Positions 38,233-49,007 of a DNA stretch of 64,000 bases are shown here, one piece after another. Made by a program: the position numbers and the translations under genes. The DNA is taken from positions 1,376,001 to 1,440,000 of the forward strand of contig CAXXMB010000001.1 of the NCBI GenBank assembly GCA_963668675.2. Reading direction: 5' to 3'. The notes beneath the pieces were generated by a model. The model searched no databases, was not told the DNA's origin, and was given only the letters and a program-made list of their open reading frames with translations. This stretch comes from an uncultured Desulfatitalea sp. (GTDB lineage Bacteria; Desulfobacterota; Desulfobacteria; Desulfobacterales; Desulfosarcinaceae). Positions within the stretch are counted from its first letter, which is position 1; the number at the start of each line of letters is the position of its first letter.

Positions 38233-39588
38233 ATGGTATTGAACCCTAAAAACACCTCCACAGATCTTTCCCTAAAAAAGCTTCCGCCCCAGAGCATTGA
38301 GGCCGAAGAGTCGATTCTCAGCGCCATCTTATTGGACAACAGCACTCTTCTGGATGTTTTAGAACTTCTCAGACCGGAAGACTTCTACCGCACGGCGCAC
38401 CAGACGATCTTCGCCGCCATTGAATCGCTCTTCTCTAAAGCCGAACCTGTTGACCTGATCACCCTGACCAATGCACTGAGAGATAGCAACGATCTTGAAA
38501 AAATCGGCGGGGCCACATACCTGGCAAGAATCGTGGACACGGTGCCCTCGGCGATCAATGTCAGCCATTACGCAAGCATCGTACGGGATAAATCGGCCTT
38601 GCGGCGCCTCATTGCCAGGGCCGGAGAAATTGCCCAACGCTGCTACGAAGATGCCGGTGATTTCGATCAGGTGCTGGATTTTGCCGAAGGGGCCGTGTTT
38701 GAAATATCTGAAAACAAACACAAGGCCGCCTTCCATCCACTCGGCAAAGTCATCGAATCCAATATCGATGCCCTGGAAGAACGACAGGGAAACAAAGCCC
38801 TGATTACCGGAATCCCCACCGGATTCACTCGTTTGGACCACATGACATCGGGCCTGCAAGGTTCAGATCTGATCATCCTGGCGGCCAGACCGGCCATGGG
38901 CAAAACCGCACTGGCCCTGAACATGGCACGCAATGCCGCTTTCGAAAGCAATATACCGGTCGCCATCTTCTCGTTGGAGATGTCCAAAGAGCAGTTATCC
39001 ATGCGTATGCTCTGTTCGGAAGCACGGGTCGACTCCTCGCGCGTAAGAAGCGGCTTTCTCAATCCAGAGGATTGGAATCGCATTACCGATGCTGCCGGGA
39101 CGCTCTCAGAGGCCCCGCTTTTTATCGATGACTCTCCGGACATCTCGACCACCTCCATCCGCACCAAATGCAGACGGCTTAAAATGGACAAGGACCTGGG
39201 GTTGGTCATCATCGATTATCTACAGCTCATGCGCGGCCGCATAGGTACTGAGCGACGCGATTTAGAAATTTCTGAAATATCCAGATCTCTCAAGCTGCTG
39301 GCCAAGGAGCTGAACGTACCGGTGGTTGCTTTATCCCAGCTCAATCGCAAATTGGAAGAGCGCAGCGACAAGCGGCCACAACTGTCAGACCTGAGAGAGT
39401 CGGGAGCATTGGAGCAGGATGCAGATGTGGTCGCCTTCATCTACCGGGATGAAGTGTACAACAAAGATGAGAACAATCCCAATCGCGGTACTGCCGAAGT
39501 CATTCTCTCCAAGCAGCGTAACGGCCCGACAGGCGTTGTTCCACTCACCTTCCTGGGGGCTTACACCCGATTCGAGAATCCGGCATGA
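38233..39588 (+). CDS. dnaB: Replicative DNA helicase (no intein)
   Basis: PPQSIEAE, AARPAMGKT, IDYLQLM, SDLRESGALEQDAD, KQRNGPTG. Confidence 0.97.
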   Translation: MVLNPKNTSTDLSLKKLPPQSIEAEESILSAILLDNSTLLDVLELLRPEDFYRTAHQTIFAAIESLFSKAEPVDLITLTNALRDSNDLEKIGGATYLARIVDTVPSAINVSHYASIVRDKSALRRLIARAGEIAQRCYEDAGDFDQVLDFAEGAVFEISENKHKAAFHPLGKVIESNIDALEERQGNKALITGIPTGFTRLDHMTSGLQGSDLIILAARPAMGKTALALNMARNAAFESNIPVAIFSLEMSKEQLSMRMLCSEARVDSSRVRSGFLNPEDWNRITDAAGTLSEAPLFIDDSPDISTTSIRTKCRRLKMDKDLGLVIIDYLQLMRGRIGTERRDLEISEISRSLKLLAKELNVPVVALSQLNRKLEERSDKRPQLSDLRESGALEQDADVVAFIYRDEVYNKDENNPNRGTAEVILSKQRNGPTGVVPLTFLGAYTRFENPA

Positions 39589-41237
39589 AAAAGGTGTGGG
39601 GCAACACACGAGGTCTTAAAAGCGGACAACTCAAACGCCTGGAGAATTTATACCGGAGACGTGTATCCCCCGACTTCCTGATTACGGCTGAACTGGCACG
39701 CGACATCGGTCTGCTCTCCCGTGAGATTCAACGCCAAATCGGCCTGCTTATCAACCGCACCGGCAAAATCGCTTATGTCCTCGTCGGAGATGCCCAGGGC
39801 ATCTTCATCCCCGAGCTTTCGGAGTACAGACTGAACCCTGGCAGATTGAGGGGTGTGCGCTGTATACATACCCATCTGAAAGCAGAGCCACTCAACCAGG
39901 ATGACCTCACCGACTTGGCAATGCTGCGTTTGGATGCCATGGCAGCCATTAATTTGAATGATGAAGGCCATCCCCGAAAAATCCACTGGGCCCATATTCT
40001 GCCAGGGCAAGATCTGAAGCGCCCGCCATACCAGATCATGCAGGATCTGCTCCCCCACCAGCTCTCTGTGGGCTGTACGGACCTCATTCTGGCGTTGGAG
40101 CGTGAAATGGCACTGATGGGGGCACGAACCAAAGCTTCGACAGGGGTGGAGCGTGCTCTCCTGTTCAGCGTCACTAACGCACCCCGCAAAAAGGCCCTCG
40201 ACTCTATTGCTGAATTGAAGGAACTGTGCCGTTCAGGAAGCATCGAAGTTGTAGATGCCATATTGCAGTTGCGCAAGCAGATCGATCCCCGAACGCTTAT
40301 GGGGCGCGGAAAACTGAAGGAGTTGGCCATTCAGGCCATGCAACTGGGTGTCAGCATGGTCATTTTCGACCAGGAGTTGAACGCATCCCAAATCAAGTCC
40401 ATTACCGATCAGATTGAGCTTAAAGTGATCGATCGCACCCAACTGATTTTGGATATCTTTGCCCAGCGTGCCCGCAGCAAAGAGGGTAAACTGCAAGTCG
40501 AGCTGGCCCAGTTGAAATACCTGCTGCCAAGGCTGGTTACCAAGAATACGGCCATGTCGCGCCTGACGGGTGGCATTGGTGGTAGAGGCCCCGGAGAGAC
40601 CAAGCTTGAGATCAACCGCAGGAGGATTCGGGACAGGATCAACCATCTCGAAAGAGCCCTGGGCCAAGTGCAGAAGCACCGTAAGCAGCAACGCCACCAA
40701 AGAGAACAACGTGGTGTTCCGATCATTTCGATTATCGGCTATACCAATGCCGGAAAATCGACGCTTCTCAATACGCTCACCCATAGTGATGTCCTTGCAG
40801 AGGGTCGGCTCTTCGCCACCCTTGATCCCTCGAGTCGGAGGTTGCGTTTTCCAAGGGACATCGAAGTCCTTATCACCGACACGGTCGGATTCATCCGAAA
40901 TCTTCCCAAGGATCTGATGATCGCCTTTCGCGCCACACTGGAGGAGTTGGAAAACGCCGATCTACTGTTGCATGTCATCGATATCAGCAACCCCCGTTGT
41001 GGTGAACAAATCGAGGCAGTGGAGACAATTTTAGACGAGCTATCGTTGGTCCACATTCCCCAGGTTCGGGCCCTGAACAAGATGGACCTTGTTCCGGAGG
41101 CCGAGCTATCTCTACGGGCAGAGCGCTTGGCCGGCATACCGATCTGTGCCCGCAAACGAGAGACCCTTTTGCCCCTGATCGATAAGATGGCGACCATTAT
41201 TGATGCTGCTGGCACAACGGACACAACCAATTACTGA
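39585..41237 (+). CDS. hflX: GTPase HflX, long form with about 185-aa N-terminal extension
   Basis: DRTQLILDIFAQRA, GGIGGRGPGE, GYTNAGKS, LFATLD, DTVGF, NKMD. Confidence 0.95.
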   Translation: MKKVWGNTRGLKSGQLKRLENLYRRRVSPDFLITAELARDIGLLSREIQRQIGLLINRTGKIAYVLVGDAQGIFIPELSEYRLNPGRLRGVRCIHTHLKAEPLNQDDLTDLAMLRLDAMAAINLNDEGHPRKIHWAHILPGQDLKRPPYQIMQDLLPHQLSVGCTDLILALEREMALMGARTKASTGVERALLFSVTNAPRKKALDSIAELKELCRSGSIEVVDAILQLRKQIDPRTLMGRGKLKELAIQAMQLGVSMVIFDQELNASQIKSITDQIELKVIDRTQLILDIFAQRARSKEGKLQVELAQLKYLLPRLVTKNTAMSRLTGGIGGRGPGETKLEINRRRIRDRINHLERALGQVQKHRKQQRHQREQRGVPIISIIGYTNAGKSTLLNTLTHSDVLAEGRLFATLDPSSRRLRFPRDIEVLITDTVGFIRNLPKDLMIAFRATLEELENADLLLHVIDISNPRCGEQIEAVETILDELSLVHIPQVRALNKMDLVPEAELSLRAERLAGIPICARKRETLLPLIDKMATIIDAAGTTDTTNY

Positions 41238-41337
41238 TTTAACCTATTGTTGAAACCCCTCTAAGTCGAAATCTGACCGCCCGCCCTTTCTTTGACGCTT
41301 GACAACCAAATGGATAAGCGGATAGAGTGCCCCTCTT

Positions 41338-42141
41338 ATGGATTTGGAAAAAATAATGCGCACAGCGACCCGGGCGGCCTATCGCGCCGGCCGGATATTG
41401 AACGGCCACTTCGGGAGTGTCAAACAGTTGCCCAAAAAAGGGGCGATCGATCTGGTTACCGAAGCGGATCTGGAGGCAGAGCAAGCCATCATTGCAACGA
41501 TTCGGGAGATCTATCCGGATCATGGCATACTGGCTGAAGAGAGCGGCGCATCCGGAAACAGACAAGCCGGGCGCCAAACCTGGCGATGGATCATCGACCC
41601 ACTGGACGGCACAACCAATTATGCACACGCCCTCCCCATCTATGCGGTCTCCATTGCCTTCGCTCAACAGGAAAAAGTGTTGATGGGTCTGGTCTTCAAC
41701 CCCTCCAGTGGCGAGCTCTTCACAGCATTCCATGGGCAGGGCGCCCAATTGAACGGTGAAGCCATTGGCGTCTCTTCTACCGAGAAACTCAACGAGAGCC
41801 TTCTTGTTACCGGATTTCCATACACCGTAGCGACGCACACCCCCCGATGGGCCATGGCGCGTTTCGAACGCTGCCTCACTTCCGCCCAAGGAGTTCGACG
41901 ACTTGGCTCGGCCGCCTTGGATCTATGCTATGTGGCTTGTGGCCGTTTCGAAGGGTTTTGGGAAGAGAATTTGAAGCCCTGGGATACCGCCGCCGGGATG
42001 TGCATCGTGGAAGAGGCTGGCGGCGTGATATCCGATTACTCAGGTCAGCCCTATTCAATTGAAGATCGGCAGATTTTGGCGACTAACAGCCATATTCATA
42101 GTGAAATGGTGACGCTTTTAACAGGAGAGGATACGTATTGA
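41338..42141 (+). CDS. suhB: Inositol monophosphatase family protein (SuhB)
   Basis: DLVTEAD, EE, WIIDPLDGTTN, RRLGSAALD, WDTAAG. Confidence 0.9.
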   Translation: MDLEKIMRTATRAAYRAGRILNGHFGSVKQLPKKGAIDLVTEADLEAEQAIIATIREIYPDHGILAEESGASGNRQAGRQTWRWIIDPLDGTTNYAHALPIYAVSIAFAQQEKVLMGLVFNPSSGELFTAFHGQGAQLNGEAIGVSSTEKLNESLLVTGFPYTVATHTPRWAMARFERCLTSAQGVRRLGSAALDLCYVACGRFEGFWEENLKPWDTAAGMCIVEEAGGVISDYSGQPYSIEDRQILATNSHIHSEMVTLLTGEDTY

Positions 42142-42338
42142 TGAGCAAAGACCAGCCCGTAATGGCATCTTTCATAGACCAATTGGATTGCTTCGGGGAT
42201 TACGACAGGACCAATACCCTCTGCGCCAAACATTGCGTGATCCGAATACGTTGCGCCATCGAACAGGATCAGAACCTGAAGCTGGAACTGCTCTCCGATC
42301 TCGCTGGTGCTGACGATATGCTCGGCACCATTCAATAG
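42141..42338 (+). CDS. Small four-cysteine hypothetical protein
   Basis: RBS GGAGAGG, start coupled to the suhB stop (TGATG); C-x10-C-x3-C-x5-C. Confidence 0.6.
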   Translation: MSKDQPVMASFIDQLDCFGDYDRTNTLCAKHCVIRIRCAIEQDQNLKLELLSDLAGADDMLGTIQ

Positions 42339-42397
42339 CAATAGCCCTCTGCCCAGACACCTTCGCCTCATGGTGCCGGCGACAACACTACTCCGGC

Positions 42398-43738
42398 TTA
42401 GTATTCACCTCTGTCCAACCGCTTACAAAAGTACTCGACATGGCGTTGGATGATACCGCCCTGCCGAATTCCCTTTTCGACGGCGCCAATGGCGTGCAGC
42501 GCTGTGGCGTGGTAGCGATTGAAACTCTTCCCGATGGCCTGAAGCGGTTGATCCGTGTATCGTCGGGCCAGATAGATGGCAACTTGGCGGGGACGCACAT
42601 GGGCATGTTTGCGCGAGCGTGAGACCAAATCTTTTTGAGAAATTTTGTAGTATTTGCAGACAAGTCCCTTGATACCGCCAATGGTGATCGACTGGGACTG
42701 ACGCACCATGTTTTTAACGACATCACTCGCCAGATCGATGTCGATGGGGCACCCGAGAAGTGATGCTTTGGCCGAAACACCGACCAGGCCGCTTTTCAAT
42801 TGGCGCACATCCTGGCTGAGTTCCGTGGCCAGAAAAGCCAGCACCTCGTTCGGCACATCCCATTGGTTGTCGTGGGTGTATTTCTTCAGGATTTTGATGC
42901 GCATGCGATAATCTGGCGGTTCGATATTGGAGATCAATCCGCTGGTCAGTCGCGAACGAAGATTTTCGTTGAGCTTTGGAATATCCGAGGGAGAGCAGCA
43001 GCTTGAGAAAATAATCTTCTTGTTTTCGTTATAGAGAGAGTCCAGCGTATGCGCCAGTTCGATCTGAGTCCGCTCTTTGCCACTGAGATAGTGGATATCT
43101 TCAAGCAACAAAACGTCACATCCATTGTGATATTTGGCTTTGAATTTACCCACCGAATTATTCTTAAATGAGGAGACCATCTCGTTGGTAAAATCTTCTG
43201 CGGTCATATAGTAGACGCGCTCCGCATTCGATTCCGAAAGAATTTGATGCCCGATGGCTTGCGACAGATGGCTCTTGCCCATACCGGTCTTTGACAACAA
43301 GAAGAGGGAGTGTTGTTGCGCGTTTTTACGCATTGCCAAGGAGAGCGCCGCGGAATAGGCAAACTCGTTGTTCTTCCCGACCACAAACTGGTCGAAAGTA
43401 TAGTCCTGGCGCAACAGCCTCCCAAAATGGGGTTGGTGGTCTATATTGGGCAGCGGCATCTGTTCCGGTGGAGCTGGCAGATCCGATTTCTCCCCATTAC
43501 CGCTGGCAACCACCAATTTTAACTCAACCGAATTACCCGTCACTTTTTCCAGCTCATCGTGAAGCAACGCGCCGAAATGGTCCATGACCCTCCGACGGAA
43601 AAACAGATTAGGGCATTTGAGTTGCAGTACATTGGAATCGGCATCCCCCAACTTCAAGGGTTCGATCCACATGCGGTAAGCGTGGGGTGGGATCAGTCCA
43701 TTCAGCGCCGCTTTTACCTTCTGCCAGATATGCTCCAT
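42398..43738 (-). CDS. DnaA-family protein, divergent paralog
   Basis: All four DnaA domains: W..V / WIEPL, YTFDQFVVGKNN.FA, TGMGKSHL, LLLEDI, LRSR, RPRQVAIYL. Not linked to dnaN/recF/gyrB. Confidence 0.9.
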   Translation of the reverse strand: MEHIWQKVKAALNGLIPPHAYRMWIEPLKLGDADSNVLQLKCPNLFFRRRVMDHFGALLHDELEKVTGNSVELKLVVASGNGEKSDLPAPPEQMPLPNIDHQPHFGRLLRQDYTFDQFVVGKNNEFAYSAALSLAMRKNAQQHSLFLLSKTGMGKSHLSQAIGHQILSESNAERVYYMTAEDFTNEMVSSFKNNSVGKFKAKYHNGCDVLLLEDIHYLSGKERTQIELAHTLDSLYNENKKIIFSSCCSPSDIPKLNENLRSRLTSGLISNIEPPDYRMRIKILKKYTHDNQWDVPNEVLAFLATELSQDVRQLKSGLVGVSAKASLLGCPIDIDLASDVVKNMVRQSQSITIGGIKGLVCKYYKISQKDLVSRSRKHAHVRPRQVAIYLARRYTDQPLQAIGKSFNRYHATALHAIGAVEKGIRQGGIIQRHVEYFCKRLDRGEY

Positions 43739-44575
43739 ATTGCCGTTCCCCAATAGCTCTTTTCACAAACCAAATACGAAACACCGTTCTCTATTTTGCT
43801 GAACACTACCTCGGTCCATATGCAATAAAGTCAGGCAAACGCCAAGTAAATCAGACAGTTTTGTTAAATATACCGGATTATTCAAGAAGGTCGCTCTGCA
43901 TGAAAAGTATGGATGTGTAATAGGGCAGACACCATAAACTGTCAATCCGAAAGATATCTGTTCTCCTCACACGATCCTAACACAATGTCAACACTCTCCT
44001 AATTTTCTGTTTATACTCGATATTTTTTTATTTGACACGCCAGGCACAGATAAACAGGCACCCTGACAACACCCATGGATCCATAAGCATTTTAAGCAGA
44101 TCCGCAGTTATAGACAATATGTCGACAAATCATGTTCTCCCATTTTCTTTATTTTTCTCTAATTTTCTACATTTTCTAAAATTGCATCTCCAGCGAAGAC
44201 GTACGGTTCCACTCATTGCAACGCCCACTTTTTTATAAAAAACATTCAAATGGATTTCCAATAGTTGTCCCATACTCGAAAATAAGTCTGCTTCACTGCG
44301 CACGCTTCCTGCATACGATTCTCTCCTTGATCAAGAATAAAAATAGTTTACATCCTCCCTGCCCAACGTTATTACAAACGGTGTTAATAGAGACAAGGTC
44401 CGATTCGTCGTTCTGCGCCATCTCCTAAGCAATCAAGGTTTAGAAACGTTAAGGTTATTGCAGGCAGAGCCAAAACTTTCGATATTCTCGAACACCAATC
44501 CATCTTCTGAGAAGACAACGCTTCCCAGGCATACCGACGCCGGGTTACTCAATCGACTCGATGGAAACAAGATTA

Positions 44576-47410
44576 ATGAACACCATCAAAATCCGCGGCG
44601 CAAGGCAGCACAACCTGAAGAACATCGACCTCGATATTCCCCGGGACCGGATCGTTATCATTACAGGACTGTCAGGATCGGGAAAATCGACACTGGCCTT
44701 TGACACCTTGTATGCGGAGGGTCAGCGGCGCTATGTAGAGTCCCTCTCAACCTATGCGCGCCAATTCCTCGAGCGCCTGGAGAAGCCGGATGTCGATCTC
44801 ATCGAAGGCCTCTCCCCTTCGATTGCCATCGAACAGAAAACTGCCGGTCACAACCCCCGCTCCACGGTAGGAACAGTAACGGAAATATACGACTATCTTC
44901 GCCTGCTCTATGCCAGAATCGGAACACCCCACTGCCATCGGTGCGGCAGCCCGGTAACCTCCCAAACCATCGATCAGATGGTGGATGCTGTGGGAGAATT
45001 GACCGAAGGGTCTCGAATTCAGATCATGGCGCCACTGGTCAATTCGAAAAAGGGCAGCCACATCGATGTTCTCAAACGCCTCAAACGAGACGGTTTTGCA
45101 CGGGTGCGTATTGATGGTGATATATTGGATATCGAAGAGATACACCCTTTGACCAAAGGGAAAAAGCACTCGATCGACGCGGTGGTGGATCGTCTGATCA
45201 TCAAAGAGGGGATCCACAACCGATTGGCCGATTCTCTCGAACTGGCCCTCTCCATTTCCGGCGGATACGCCGAAGTGCTTTGCCAGGCACCGGGGAGGCC
45301 TGAGATGTCCGATACCTTTCTCTTCAGTGAAAAGGCAGCCTGCCATCAATGCGGTACCACCTACCCTGAATTCACACCGTCCAACTTCTCTTTCAATTCA
45401 CCCAACGGGGCATGCCCCGAATGCGATGGCATCGGCACGCGAACCGTGTTCGACCGTGAACTCATCGTGCCCAATCCTGAACTCTCGCTTCGGGAAGGGG
45501 CCGTCGGCCCTTGGGCCAACCGTCAATCCGTCTACTTCTTTGAATTCCTGGAGGCATTTGCACACCGATACCATACGGATATCGATACGCCGTTCAAAAT
45601 GCTGCCCGAAGCGTTCCGGGAGGCGCTCTACTATGGGAGCGGGAAGACCACGATCCAGTTCTCCGTGGATCGCGATTCAGGCCACCATTTATATAACAAG
45701 CCCTTCGAGGGTCTCGTCCCGCAACTCCAGCGCCGCTACAGGGAGACCCAGTCGGCCCAGATCAGAGAAGAGCTTCAGCAATACATGTCCCATCTGCCCT
45801 GCACACGCTGCAACGGTGCGAGGTTGAAACCCGAGAGTCTGGCCGTAAAGATAGAAAAGTGGGCCATTCATCAAGTCACAGCTCTCTCCATCGGCCAAGC
45901 TGTAGAACTTTTCCGCGCCCTCGCTCTGGATGGCCAGAAGGCCCTGGTTGCAGAAAAAATTGTAAGGGAGATTATCGAACGTTTGGAATTCCTTAACGAT
46001 GTAGGTTTGTCTTACCTTGCCCTGGATCGTGCCGCCCACACTCTGTCCGGCGGTGAAAGCCAGCGCATTCGCCTTGCCACCCAAATCGGTGCAAAACTGA
46101 CTGGGGTGCTCTACGTGTTGGATGAACCCAGCATCGGCCTTCACCAACGCGACAACGCCAGATTGCTACAAACATTGATCAAGATGCGTGACCTGGGCAA
46201 CACCGTACTGGTCGTGGAGCACGATCAGGAGACCATCGAAGCGGCGGATCATGTCATTGACATGGGACCGGGGGCCGGTATCAATGGCGGTCGTGTGGTT
46301 TTTGCCGGTTCGTCAGGGGAACTGCTCCTATCCAAAGCGTCATTGACAGGCCAATACCTCTCCGGCAGAAAAATGATTGCCATTCCCCAAAAAAGGCGTA
46401 AAGGCAACGGTCATGCGATCATCATCGATGGTGCCGCCCAAAACAACCTGAAGAGCGTTACCGTCCGATTTCCCCTGGGTTGCCTTATCTGTGTGACGGG
46501 GGTATCGGGTTCGGGCAAATCGAGCCTGGTCATCGAAACACTGCATCACTCCCTCTCCCGTCATTTTTATCACAGCAGGGTGGTCGCAGGGCGGCATAAC
46601 CGCATCGCAGGGATCGAGCACATCGACAAAGTGATCAATATCGATCAGTCCCCCATCGGACGTACACCTCGCTCCAACCCCGGTACCTATACTGGACTCT
46701 TCTCCTTTGTTCGCGACCTCTTCTCCAAAACCCCCGAGGCACGCATGCGCGGCTACAGGCCGGGAAGGTTCAGCTTCAACGTCAAAGGGGGGCGTTGCGA
46801 AGCGTGCCGGGGCGATGGCATCATCAGAATTGAGATGCATTTTCTTCCCGACGTATACGTCCCGTGCGACATATGCCATGGAAAACGCTACAATCGGGAA
46901 ACATTGGAGGTCAGGTACAAAGGCAGGAACATAGCCGAAGTGCTGGACATGACGGTCAACCAGGCGCTCGAATTCTTCAAGAACATTGCTTCTATCCGAA
47001 AGAAGTTGCAAACCCTTGTGGAGGTTGGTCTGGGCTACATCCATCTGGGCCAGCCAGCCACAACGCTTTCCGGTGGCGAGGCCCAACGCGTAAAGCTTTC
47101 CCGCGAGCTGAGCAAGAGAAGTACCGGTCGAACCATCTACATCCTGGACGAACCGACCACCGGATTGCACATGGACGATATCAACAAACTGCTAACCGTC
47201 CTAAACCGTCTCGTAAACAACGGCAACACCGTCGTCATCATCGAACACAATCTCGACGTGATCAAATCGGCAGATCACATCATCGACCTGGGGCCCGAAG
47301 GCGGTGACCGAGGTGGTTATGTGGTCGGAACAGGCTCACCGGAAGAGATCGCCATACTGGCCGATTCCTATACCGGACACTATCTGCAGAAGATACTCAA
47401 AGTAAGATAA
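44576..47410 (+). CDS. uvrA: Excinuclease ABC subunit A
   Basis: [28 protein letters not shown], two LSGGE signatures, Zn fingers. Confidence 0.97.
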   Translation: MNTIKIRGARQHNLKNIDLDIPRDRIVIITGLSGSGKSTLAFDTLYAEGQRRYVESLSTYARQFLERLEKPDVDLIEGLSPSIAIEQKTAGHNPRSTVGTVTEIYDYLRLLYARIGTPHCHRCGSPVTSQTIDQMVDAVGELTEGSRIQIMAPLVNSKKGSHIDVLKRLKRDGFARVRIDGDILDIEEIHPLTKGKKHSIDAVVDRLIIKEGIHNRLADSLELALSISGGYAEVLCQAPGRPEMSDTFLFSEKAACHQCGTTYPEFTPSNFSFNSPNGACPECDGIGTRTVFDRELIVPNPELSLREGAVGPWANRQSVYFFEFLEAFAHRYHTDIDTPFKMLPEAFREALYYGSGKTTIQFSVDRDSGHHLYNKPFEGLVPQLQRRYRETQSAQIREELQQYMSHLPCTRCNGARLKPESLAVKIEKWAIHQVTALSIGQAVELFRALALDGQKALVAEKIVREIIERLEFLNDVGLSYLALDRAAHTLSGGESQRIRLATQIGAKLTGVLYVLDEPSIGLHQRDNARLLQTLIKMRDLGNTVLVVEHDQETIEAADHVIDMGPGAGINGGRVVFAGSSGELLLSKASLTGQYLSGRKMIAIPQKRRKGNGHAIIIDGAAQNNLKSVTVRFPLGCLICVTGVSGSGKSSLVIETLHHSLSRHFYHSRVVAGRHNRIAGIEHIDKVINIDQSPIGRTPRSNPGTYTGLFSFVRDLFSKTPEARMRGYRPGRFSFNVKGGRCEACRGDGIIRIEMHFLPDVYVPCDICHGKRYNRETLEVRYKGRNIAEVLDMTVNQALEFFKNIASIRKKLQTLVEVGLGYIHLGQPATTLSGGEAQRVKLSRELSKRSTGRTIYILDEPTTGLHMDDINKLLTVLNRLVNNGNTVVIIEHNLDVIKSADHIIDLGPEGGDRGGYVVGTGSPEEIAILADSYTGHYLQKILKVR

Positions 47411-47444
47411 ACAGTAGAACCGATCGTGGTCGCATCGTGGGGAT

Positions 47445-47479
47445 AAAAAAAGGCGCCCCGCACAACAGTGAAGGGCGCC
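47445..47479 (-). terminator. Rho-independent terminator of the atp F0 operon
   Basis: GGCGCCC...GGGCGCC stem followed by T7 on the minus strand. Confidence 0.7.
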
Positions 47480-47507
47480 CCATTTCAAATCTTACAAAGC
47501 GATAAAA

Positions 47508-47792
47508 CTAGTGTGCTCCGAGAAGCCCTGCGATGGCGCCGGCTTGGGGATGCGCATAGATCAGAATCAGCGCAACAACCAGAGCATAAATACAGAGAGA
47601 CTCGATCATGGCCAGACCGATCAGCAAGGTCACGGTCACTTTACCGGATGATTCGGGGTTGCGGGCGATGCCCTCAACAGCTGATTTCAGACCAAGGCCC
47701 TGGCCGATGCCGCAACCGAAAGCGGCGATGGCAATACCAAAACCAGCGGCGGTGACGCAAGCGATAAAGAATTGCAATGCTTGAGCTTCCAT
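47508..47792 (-). CDS. atpE: ATP synthase F0 subunit c
   Basis: [32 protein letters not shown]. Confidence 0.96.
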   Translation of the reverse strand: MEAQALQFFIACVTAAGFGIAIAAFGCGIGQGLGLKSAVEGIARNPESSGKVTVTLLIGLAMIESLCIYALVVALILIYAHPQAGAIAGLLGAH

Positions 47793-47897
47793 TTGTTTCA
47801 CTACCTCCTTATGAAGTGTTAGTATAATTGGGCTTCTTCCAGTAACCCAAACTTATTCAATGCCTTTCGGCATCTCATTTCACATTGCGGACACCCG

Positions 47898-48593
47898 TTA
47901 GTGGGCGTGCTCCATGGCGCCTTGAAAGTAGATAATCGACAGCAGAAAGAAGACAAACCCCTGCACGAAAGCCACGAAGATACCCAGGGCCATGATGGGC
48001 AAGGGGGCAAAAAAGGCACCCGCCAGGCCGAACAGAATTCCCAGAACGATCTCATGCCCCATCATATTTCCAAAGAGACGGAAAGAGAGGGAGAGAATAC
48101 GGGCTGCATGGCCGATGAGTTCGATGACGAAAATAAGCGGCGCCATCCACCAGACCGGCCCCATGAAGTGTTTGATATAGGCTGCGCCATGGTATTTCAC
48201 GCCGATAACGTGGGTAAAGACCACGACCACTATCGCACAGGAAGCGGTGGTGTTAAGGTTGGCCGTCGGCGGGAAAAAACCCGGGATGATGCCGATGAGG
48301 TTGCCGATAAAGACATATATGAAGACCGTCGCGGCCAGGGGTAAGAGCCAGCGCCCCTCCTCACCGATGGTTTCGACCATGAAGTTCTCGATGCCCGAAA
48401 CGACCAGTTCCATCAGATTCTGCAATTTTCCGGGGATCAACTGAACGCCTTTGCCGGCCAGAAAACCGACGATGATCAGAAAGGCCATCAGTACCCAGGA
48501 GTAGACCACGTAAGGATACTCGTGTGCGAAGTGGCCGGCGCCCTCACCGAAAAGCTCGAACAATTTTACGAAAAACAGATAGGGATGCTCCAT
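47898..48593 (-). CDS. atpB: ATP synthase F0 subunit a
   Basis: PPTANLN, SLSFRLFGN, VQGFVF. Confidence 0.96.
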   Translation of the reverse strand: MEHPYLFFVKLFELFGEGAGHFAHEYPYVVYSWVLMAFLIIVGFLAGKGVQLIPGKLQNLMELVVSGIENFMVETIGEEGRWLLPLAATVFIYVFIGNLIGIIPGFFPPTANLNTTASCAIVVVVFTHVIGVKYHGAAYIKHFMGPVWWMAPLIFVIELIGHAARILSLSFRLFGNMMGHEIVLGILFGLAGAFFAPLPIMALGIFVAFVQGFVFFLLSIIYFQGAMEHAH

Positions 48594-48595
48594 CC

Positions 48596-48982
48596 TTAAA
48601 CCGCCTCCTTGCAGATCAGTCTCTTAACTTCCATGAGCGTGGCCAGGGTAATGCTGGCGACCACGACCGACAAACCGATAAACAATCCCAAAGGATTGAC
48701 CCAATGCTGTCGAATCAAGAAAAAAATGATGACGCCGCTGATGATGAATCGGACGTAATATTTGGCGAGTATGGCGTGGTGGGATGCCAGGTGCGGCGGT
48801 GCAAACGCCTTTTTCAGCGTCCTGGCCAACAGGTGAAAATTGACGGTCACAATCAGACCGCCGGCGATGATGCCCCACGCGAAAGGGGCGGGGGCAAGCA
48901 GTATGCCGCCCAAACTGGCCATCGCGAGAAGGATCCAATTGGCGCGTCTGACGAACTGTACGATCCGTTGTTGGATTTCCAC
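48596..48982 (-). CDS. atpI: ATP synthase subunit I
   Basis: Four-TM small protein directly upstream of atpB; GTG start. Confidence 0.82.
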   Translation of the reverse strand: MEIQQRIVQFVRRANWILLAMASLGGILLAPAPFAWGIIAGGLIVTVNFHLLARTLKKAFAPPHLASHHAILAKYYVRFIISGVIIFFLIRQHWVNPLGLFIGLSVVVASITLATLMEVKRLICKEAV

Positions 48983-49007
48983 CGTTCCCCGCCTGTTTAT
49001 GCCATGT

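Noticed and set aside
41239..41889. 216-aa minus-strand ORF
   Set aside because: Antisense shadow of suhB
43754..44575. Canonical oriC next to dnaA, and a LexA box upstream of uvrA
   Set aside because: No perfect DnaA boxes or box cluster, no dnaN, and no SOS-box pattern I could recognise
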